DNA of 64,000 bases, from positions 5,492 to 69,491 of the IMG/VR virus record IMGVR_UViG_3300043411_000715. One strand, 5' to 3'. Numbering within the stretch: the stretch's first letter is position 1; each line of letters begins with the position of its first letter. Shown piece after piece: positions 9,801-18,800 of this stretch. The position numbers were made by a program, and so were the translations under genes. The stretch is from a virus. The notes beneath the pieces were generated by a model that saw nothing but the letters and a program-made list of their open reading frames with translations, was not told the origin of the DNA and searched no databases.

Positions 9801-12800
9801 TTCCCGCCGAGCGTGACGCGGGCGCAGTTGGACGCGGCCAAGCCGGACGCGGGCGTGCAACGCTGGATCGCCCTGCGCGATCGCCTGAAGGTGGCGATGA
9901 CGCCGACTGAGTGGAAGGAAGCCGCGCGCACCACGCAGTACGGCCACTACACCAGCAAGGCGGTGGTGCAGTCCATGTGGGCGGCCATGCAGCGCATGGG
10001 CTTCAAGGGCGGCGCGGTGCTGGAGCCGGGCGCCGGCATTGGCGTGTTCCCGGGCCTGATGCCGGCCGACGTGGCGGCCAATTCGACCTACACCGGCATC
10101 GAGTACGACACCTTCACCGGCAACGTGCTCAAGCAGCTGATGCCCGACGAGCGCATCGTCATCGACGGCTATCAGAACGTGGCGCTGCCCAAGGACTTCT
10201 ACGACGTGGCGATCGGCAACCCGCCGTTCGCCTCGATGTCGGTGCTGAACGACAACGAGTACAAGCGCAACGCCTTCAAGCTGCACGACTACTTCTTTGC
10301 CAAGACGATCGATCGCGTAAAGCCGGGCGGCCTGATGGCCTTCGTCACCAGCCGCTACACCATGGACAAGCTGGACGACAAGGCGCGGGCCTACCTGGCC
10401 GAGCGCGCCGATCTGGTGGGCGCCATCCGCATGCCGCAAACGGCGTTCAAGCAGAACGCGGGCACCGAGGTGGTCACCGACGTGCTGTTTCTGCGCAAGA
10501 AGGTGCCGGGCGAAGTCTTCGAGCACGCGCAGCCCTGGGCCAAGTCCACGCCGATGCAGGTGGACGGCGAGAGTTACCCGGTCAACGAGTATTTCCACGC
10601 GCACCCCGAGATGGTGTTGGGCACGCACAGCAGCCGGGGCAGCATGCGGGCGGCCAACGAATACACGGTGCTGCCGGGCGAGGGCGACATCGAAGCCGCT
10701 TTTGCCAAGGCTGCGGCCACCTTGCCGGCCGACGTGTACCGCGCCGAGATCGGCAGCGCCGCGCAGGCCGCGCAGGTGCGCGAGATCGACTTCAATCCGA
10801 CGGCGAAGAAGGAAGGCAACTTCTACGTCACCGACAAGGGCGTGCTGATGCAGCGCGAAGGCGGCGCCGGCCTGCGCGTCGAGGGCTTGAAGCCGGCCGA
10901 CGAGGCGATCGTGAAGGCCTATGTGCCCCTGCGCGACGCCGTGAAGCAGGCCCAGTATGACCAGCTCAATGGTGGGCCTTGGGAGCAGTCCCTGGCCGCG
11001 CTGCAGGCGGCCTACAAGGCGTTCACCGACAAGCACGGCCCGCTGTTGCAGGCCAAGGCCTACACCGTCACGACGACCGAAACCGACCCGGAAACCGGCG
11101 AGGCGGTGAAGGTCAAGGACACCCGCTATCGGCACCCGCTGGAGGCGTTGCTGCGCTCCGACCCGGACGCCTACCTGACGCTGGCGCTGGAGCGCTTCAA
11201 CGAGGAAACCGGCCAGATCACGACCACGGACGCGCTCACCAAGCGCGTGCTGGAGGCGCCTGTGCACGCGCGGGTCGAGACGGTGCACGACGCGCTGCTA
11301 ACCTCGCTCAATGACCTGGGGCGGGTGGACATCGCGGCCGTGGCCCATGCCGTCGGCCTGTCGCAGAAGGACGCGATCGAGGCCATGGGCACGGCGATCT
11401 ACCAAGACCCGAGCGCGGGCTGGCAGATGGCTGACGAATACCTGTCGGGCAACGTGAAGAAGAAGCTGGCCGAGGCGCGCGCCGCGGCGCAGTCGGACGC
11501 CCGCTACGAGCGCAACGTTGCCGCGCTGGAAGCGGCGCAGCCGGCCCCGAAGACCCCGGCCGACATCAACGTCGGGCTGGGCATGAACTGGGTTCCGGCG
11601 CCGTTCTACGAACAGTTCCTGCACGACCTGGCCGGCACGACCGTGAGGGTCAACTTCAACACGGCGACGCGCGAATGGTCGGTGGAGAAGGTCGATGGAC
11701 ACAAGACCCCGGCGGCCATTGCCGACTGGGGCACGGGTGACCGCGACATTGCCGATTTGCTGGTGCACGCGCTCAAGGGCACGCCGATCGACATCTCGCG
11801 CACCGAGATCGCCGACGGCAGCAAGAAGACCGTGAAGGATCACGCGGCCACCGAGGCCGCGAACGAAAAACTCAAGGCGCTGCGTGAGCGGTTTGAGGGC
11901 TGGGTGTGGGAGAACCCCGAGCGCTCGGACAAGCTGGTGCAGCTGTACAACGACAAGTTCAACACCACGGTGCCGCGCCGCTTCGACGGCCGCCATCTGA
12001 CGCTGCCGGGCACGACCAGCACGGTCACGGTGTTCGATCACGTCAAGCGCGGGGCCTGGCGCATCATCCAGTCGGGCAACACCTATCTGGCCCACGCCGT
12101 TGGATCGGGCAAGACCTGGCAAATGGTGATCAGCGCCATGGAGCAAAAGCGCCTGGGGCTGATCAAGAAGCCCATGTTCGTGGTGCCCAACCACATGCTG
12201 CAGCAGTTCGCGTCGGAGTGGATGCAGCTGTACCCGGCCGCGCGCCTGATGGTGGCCGACGAGGAGAACTTTCACACCAACAACCGCCGCCGCTTCGTGT
12301 CGCGCGTGGCGCTGTCCGACCTGGACGGGGTGATCATCACCCAGTCGGCATTCAAGATTCTTGACCTGGCCCCCGAGTTCAAGGCCAAGATCATCCAGGA
12401 GCAGCTTGACCAGCTGGAGGCCTCGCTGCACGATGCCGATCCGAGCCTCAAGCCGGGGCAGAAGTCGCGCGATCCGACGGTCAAGCAGATTCAGGCCAAG
12501 ATCGAGAAGCTGGAAACCCGGCTGCAGGCGGCCATGTCGAGCGAGGGCAAGGACAAGAACGTCATGTTCGACGAGCTGGGCGTGGACATGCTGTACGTCG
12601 ATGAGGCGCACGGCTACCGCAAGCTGGACTACGCCACCTCGCGCAAGGTCAAGGGCCTGAGCAGCGACGGCAGCGCCATGGCCTTGGACATGTACGCCAA
12701 GGTGCGCTACCTTGCCGAGAAGAACCCCAAGCGCAATCTGGTGATGGCCTCGGGAACGCCCATCACCAACACGATCGCCGAGCTGTACAGCCTGCAGCGC

Positions 12801-15800
12801 TTCATGGCGCCCGAAGGCCTGGAGGAGCGCGGGCTGACCGACTTCGATTCCTGGGCCGCGCAGTACGGCCGCGAGGTGACGGCGCTGGAGGCCGGGGCCG
12901 ATGGCAAGTATTCCCCGGTGACGCGCTTTCAGCGCTTCGTGAACGTGGGCGACCTGACGATGGCGTTTCGCCAGTTCGCCGACGTGCTGACGGCCGATGA
13001 CTTGGCCGCGATCCTGGGCGACAAGCGGCCCAAGGTGAACACGGGCGCGCGCCAGTTGCTGCTGACGCCCAAGACCGATGGCTACCACGAGTACCAGAAG
13101 GTGCTGGCCGAGCGCACCGAGGCCTCGCGCAAGTGGCGTCCCAGCAAGGACGAGCCCAACAACCCCGACCCGATCATTGCCATCATCGGCGACGGCCGCC
13201 TGGCGGCGATCGACACGCGCTTTGTGACCCCGGGCGCGGGAAACGACCCGCAGTCCAAACTCAATCAGATGATCGACAAGCTGGTCGAGCGCTACAAGGA
13301 AACCGCGGTCAACACCTACATCGACAAGAAGACCGGCCAGCCCGAGCCCTTGAAGGGCGGCACGATGATGGTGTTCTCGGACATCGGCTTTGGCGATGGC
13401 GTTCGCCTGAACCGTGGCTTCGACACGCGCGCCTGGGTGAACAAGCGCCTGGCCGAGGCCGGCGTGGATATGAAGCAGGTCGCCTACATGAGCGACTACA
13501 AGGCGTCGGCGGACAAGCTCAAGCTGTTTCGCGACGTGAACGCCGGCAAGATTCGCATCCTGTTCGGCACGTCGAAGAACATGGGCACCGGCGTGAACGC
13601 GCAGCAGCGCCTGACGACGATCTTCCACCTGGACCCGACCTGGTATCCGGCCGACATCGAGCAGCGCGAGGGCCGCGCCGTGCGCCAGGGCAACAAGAAC
13701 CCGTCGGTCGATCTGTACGCCTTTGCCACCAAGGGCACCTACGACCAGAACATGTGGCAGATGATCGCCCGCAAGGCCGCGTTCATCGACCAGATCATGA
13801 CGGGCGACGGCAGCATCAACGAGGTCGAGGACGTGGATTCCGAGTCGAACTACTCGGTGCTGGCGGCGATGGTGGCCGACGATCCGCGCGTGCTGGAGCT
13901 GGCCGGGCAGGAAAACGAGGTCAAGCGCCTGGAGCGCCTGTATCAGGCCCACGAGACGCAGCGCCAGTCGTTCATCGACCGCTACCGGCAGGCCGAGTGG
14001 GCCGTCCAGGGTGCCGAGAAGTCCCTTCCTGCCGCCGAGGCCGCGGCCAAGAAGGCGCGCGACCTGAGCGGGGACAACTTCACGGCCAAGGTGGGCAAAG
14101 CCACCATCACCGAGCGCGCGAAGTTCGGTGAGGCGTTGATCGGCCAACTCAACGAATTGTCCGGGCGCGTGGTGACCGAACCTACGCCCGTGGGTGAGAT
14201 TGGCGGCATGCCGCTGGTGTTCCACGGCTCCAAGGTGGGCTCCGCGTTCAGCGCCTGGATCGAGCTGCAGGCCGGCGAGCCGATGAATCTCGTGTCCAAC
14301 CCGGGCGAGTCCCCGGCCGGCATCGCCATGCGCGCACAAAACGCCGTGGCCGCGGTGGCGCGCCGCCCCGACAAGCTGCGCGAGCGCATCGCCGAGCAGA
14401 AGGCGGTCATGGAGTCGATCAAGGATCGGCGCCAGGCGCCGTTCCCGATGGCGCAAATGCTGACGGACGCCCGCGCGCAGGTGCAGAGCCTGAAAGCCAC
14501 GCTGGCCGCCGAGGGCGCCGCCCAGGCCGAGCCGGCCGCCAACGTCCCAACGATGTCGCGGGGCGTGGCCGAGCAGGACGGCGCAGGCGTGAAGCTGGCC
14601 GACGTGCAAGCCATGGCCGATCGCGTGGCCGCGGCGCTGCCCAAGCTGCCGGGCGTCGAGGTGCTGCAGTCCACCCAGGATGCACCGCCGGCCCTGCTTG
14701 CCTACCTGGAGCAGCAGGGCGCCATGGATGACACCGAGGGCGCTTTCCACGACGGCAGCATCTACCTGTTCGCGGGCAACCTGGCAAGCATGGAGCGCGC
14801 CGAGCACGTGCTGGCCACGCACGAGGCGGGGCACGCCGGCCTGGCCGCGATCCTGGGCGCTGACCGCGCGCGGGTGATGCAGTCGCTGCTGAACCTGAAC
14901 GACGACCTGAACCGCCGCGCAAACGCCGTGGCCAAGCGCCTGAAGGTGCCGGTCACCACGGCCGTCGAGGAACTGCTGGTCGATGTGCCGCCGGCCGATC
15001 TGGTCAAGCTCAAGGGCTGGCGCCGGGTGGCCCACAAGGTGCAGCAATGGCTGGCGCGTTCGGGCTTCACGGCGCTGGCCGCTCGCATGGGCCGCTGGCT
15101 GGAGAGTCGGCTGTCAGACCAGCAGAAGGCGGACCTGCTGGCGGCCGAGCTGATGACGGCCGCGCGCGAGCACCTGGCCGGACGCAAGCCGGCCGTGCGC
15201 AGCATGGCCGCGGACGCACAGCAGCAATCCCGGTGGCTGAACAAGCAGGCCGCCCAGCGGGGCTACGAGAATGCCGACGCCATGGCGCTGGCCGACTTCG
15301 ACGGCCTGGAATCGCTGATGGCGCAGTGGCGCGGCAAGAACCCGGCGGCGGCGATGCTGGCGCGTCGCATCGTGCGCGACGGCTACCGCACGGTGAACGA
15401 TTCGGTGATCCCGGAGACGCCCGAGTACGATGGCAACTTGACGGGCGATCTGGCGCAAGTGCCCGCAGGCAAGACTGTCAAGGCGGGGCCGATTCGCCTA
15501 CCTGTTGGAGTTGCTGAGGGCGCGCATCGCGGACTTGGCATCGAGCACATGGCCGACAACACCAGACGCGACGCCACGCGCATGCCGAAAAAACAAACGG
15601 GAGACCTGGCCGAAGACCTGGTGCGGCAGGCGGTGGAAGTGCTGCGCGGAGTGAAAGAGGTTCACTACGACGGCAGCAAGTTCATATTCCCGAACCCGCT
15701 GATGAAGCAAGCCGTGGTGGCTGTGTGGCGTGGCGATCACTATTCGATCACGACCGTGCGACCGTACCGCAACGCTCAGAACTTGTGGGGGAATCCGGAG

Positions 15801-18800
15801 AAGGTGGGGCGCCTAACCTTCCCCACCCGTGACGCTGAAGCCACGTCACCTTCAATTGCTGTCGCCAAGGAATCTTCGCTTCACCCTGACCGCTTCGGGC
15901 TAGAAGTAGCCTCCGAACGCTTCGATTTTAACACCGACAAGCCAAAACCAGCAACTCAGGTTGTTGTCAAAAAGAAGCGGTCGATCCAGGTTCCTGATGG
16001 CGCGCCGCGCCTGAGCCGCGCCGGGGCGTTGCCATCGGCCGCTGCCGGCCAGCAGGCCCAGTTGACCCCGGCCGATCGTGCTGAGGTGCTGATCCAGAAG
16101 TCCGCCCGCACCGCGCAACCGCTGGACGCGGTGGCTCAGGCAATCACGCGCGCCACGGGCGTGGAATGGGCCGCCAAGAAGGTGGGCAGCGTCATCGCGG
16201 GCGCTCTGAACCGCTACACGCCCGAGTCGGTCAAGGCCGGGCTGGTCAGTGACTACGGGCTCGATCCGCGCGTGCGCGACGAGCGTGTGCTGATGCAGGC
16301 GCGCCAGCAGGTGCAGCTGCGCAAGGCCGGCGAGATGATCGACAGTCTGGCCAGCCTGACGCGCGAGGAGTCGGCGGCGGCCTACCGCTGGATGAACGAA
16401 ACCGACCCCGACAAGATCATCCGTGGCATGGACGAGCTGCCCGAAGGCAGCGCGGAGAAGCTGCAGGAAATCCAGCGCGTGATCGACAAGTTGTCGCAAG
16501 AGGCGGTGGACCTGGGCCAGCTGGATCAGCGCAGCTACGAGCGCAACAAGTTCGCCTACCTGCACCGCAGCTATGCCAAGCATGTGCTGGAGCCCAAGGG
16601 CGCGAAGGCGGCGCGGGCGCGCACCGTGGCCATCCTGGGCAACCAGTACAAGGGCCGCGGTACGACCGAAACCGTCGCCATGTCCATGGTGCGACAGACG
16701 GCGCCTGAGTGGTGGGACGTGGCGCGCAAGGCCGGTAAGGCCGATCCCAACCTGATCGGCAAGAAGCTGACGCGCTACGATCGCCTGGCGCCAAGCGGTG
16801 CCGGCACGCAGACGCTGCCGGGCATGGATGGGCGCAGCGATGGCCGGGTGCTGGAAACCGTGTACCTGCCGGCCGATCGCGCGGCGCCGAAGCAGTATGC
16901 CGAGTGGCGCAAGGGGGCCACCTTCGAGGTGCGCGATGTCAAGCGCGGCGACTTGACGCTATGGCGCGACTGGACCGCCGATGAGCGCCAGAAGATGGGC
17001 GAGATCGACGAGGCGCGCTTTGCCATCGCCAAGACCCTGCACGGCATGATTCGTGATGTCGAGGTCGGTCGGTTCTTGGGCTGGCTGTCGCGCACGCAGG
17101 CCAAGCCCACCGAAGCCCAATTGCCGGCCGGCGCGTCCATCGTGGATGCGTCGGAAAGCCTGCTACGCGCCTTCAAGCCGGGCGAATGGGTGAAGGTGCC
17201 CGAGACCACCATCGCTGGTACGGCGGTGAAGAAGTACGGCGAGCTGGCCGGAAAGTACGTCGAAGGGCCGGTGTGGAACGAGGTGCGCCAGGCGCTGCAC
17301 ACGGCGCAGGGCTTCGGCAAGGTGTACGGGGCCATCCTCAACGCCTGGAAGCTGTCAAAAACTGCGTTGTCGCCCACGGTTCACATGAACAACATCATGT
17401 CGAACTTTGTGATGGCCGACTGGCACGACGTGACGGCCGGGCACGTGGCCAAGGCGCTGCGGATCATCATGGGCGCCCACGATTCGACCAGTGTGCAGGG
17501 GATCATCGGTCTGGCTGGCAAGGGGATGAAGGCCGCCGCCGGCATGGCTGACCAGGACGCCGCGCGCGAGCTGGTGAAGCGCTACAAGGATTCCGGCGCC
17601 GAACTGGGCTCGTTTGTGGTCAACGAAACCATGAAGGCGCAGGTCGATCCGTTGCTGGCCGCCATGGAAGCCGAGCTGCGGGCCGATCCGAACTCGACGG
17701 CCGCGCAGGTTGGCGTCATGTCGGCCCTGCAACTGTTGCGCCAAGGCGAGGTGGGCGCAGCGGCGAAGGCGGCGGCCGGCGCGCAGGGCGTGCGTCAGGT
17801 GATCCGCGAGGGCGGGAACATGATCGACCTGTACCAGTCGGAGGACTCGGTGTTTCGCCTGGCGTCCTGGCTCAAGGCCAAGGAGGAAGGCAAGACCGAC
17901 ATTGAGGCCGGTCGGATCGCTCGCCATTCGTTCATGGACTACAACATCAACGCGCCCTGGGTGCAGGCGGCGCGCAAGACGGTGCTGCCGTTCATCTCGT
18001 ACACCTACCGCGCCGCGCCGATGCTGGCCGACATCGCCATGAACAAGCCGCACAAGATTCTGAAGTTGATGGCCGTGGCCGGGGCGATCGACCTGCTTGG
18101 ATCGCTGCTGGCAGGCGGCGGCGCGGACGACGACAAGGTGCGCAAGCTGCTGCCCAAGGAGAAGGCCGGCGGCGTGTGGGGCATGGTGCCCAAGTTGATC
18201 CGCATGCCGTGGAACGACAACAACGGCTCACCGGTGTTCCTGGACATCCGGCGCTGGGTGCCTATGGGCGACGTGTTCGACCTTGGTCAAGGCCACGCAG
18301 CCCTGCCGATTCCGCCGTCCCTGATGCCGGGCGGCCCGCTGGCGTTGGCTGGCGAGTTGATCGCCAACAAGTCGCAGTTCACCGGCAAACCGATTGTGCT
18401 GGAAACCGACACGGCCGGGCAAAAGGCCGGCAAGGTGGCTGATTTCGTGTACAAGTGGGCGGCGCCGAACGTGCTGGGCCTGCCTGGCAGCTACGCCACC
18501 ACCGGTGTGATCGACGCCGCCAAGGGTCGCACGGACGCCTTCGGGCGCGAGCGCAGCGTGGCCCAGGCCATCGCCTCGTCGATTGGCGTGAAGGCGGCAA
18601 GCTACCCGCGCGACATCCTGGAGCGCAACATCATCCTGGAGTCCAAGGGCAAGCAGGCCGAGTTGGAGCGCGGCATGCGGCAACTGGCGCGGCAGCGGTC
18701 AACGAACGCGATCAGCGACGCCGAGTTCGAGCGGGCCATTGGGGTGGAGCAGGGCAAACTGCGCAAGCTGCGGGAGGAGACGCAGGAGCGGCTGGAGGCT

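Noticed and set aside
2244-15047. Very long antisense ORFs (1057, 841, 541, 1249 aa) opposite the ejection and giant genes
   Set aside because: Shadow frames expected from high-GC3 coding on the + strand; no RBS or protein-like motifs, unlike the 8774-8998 ORF
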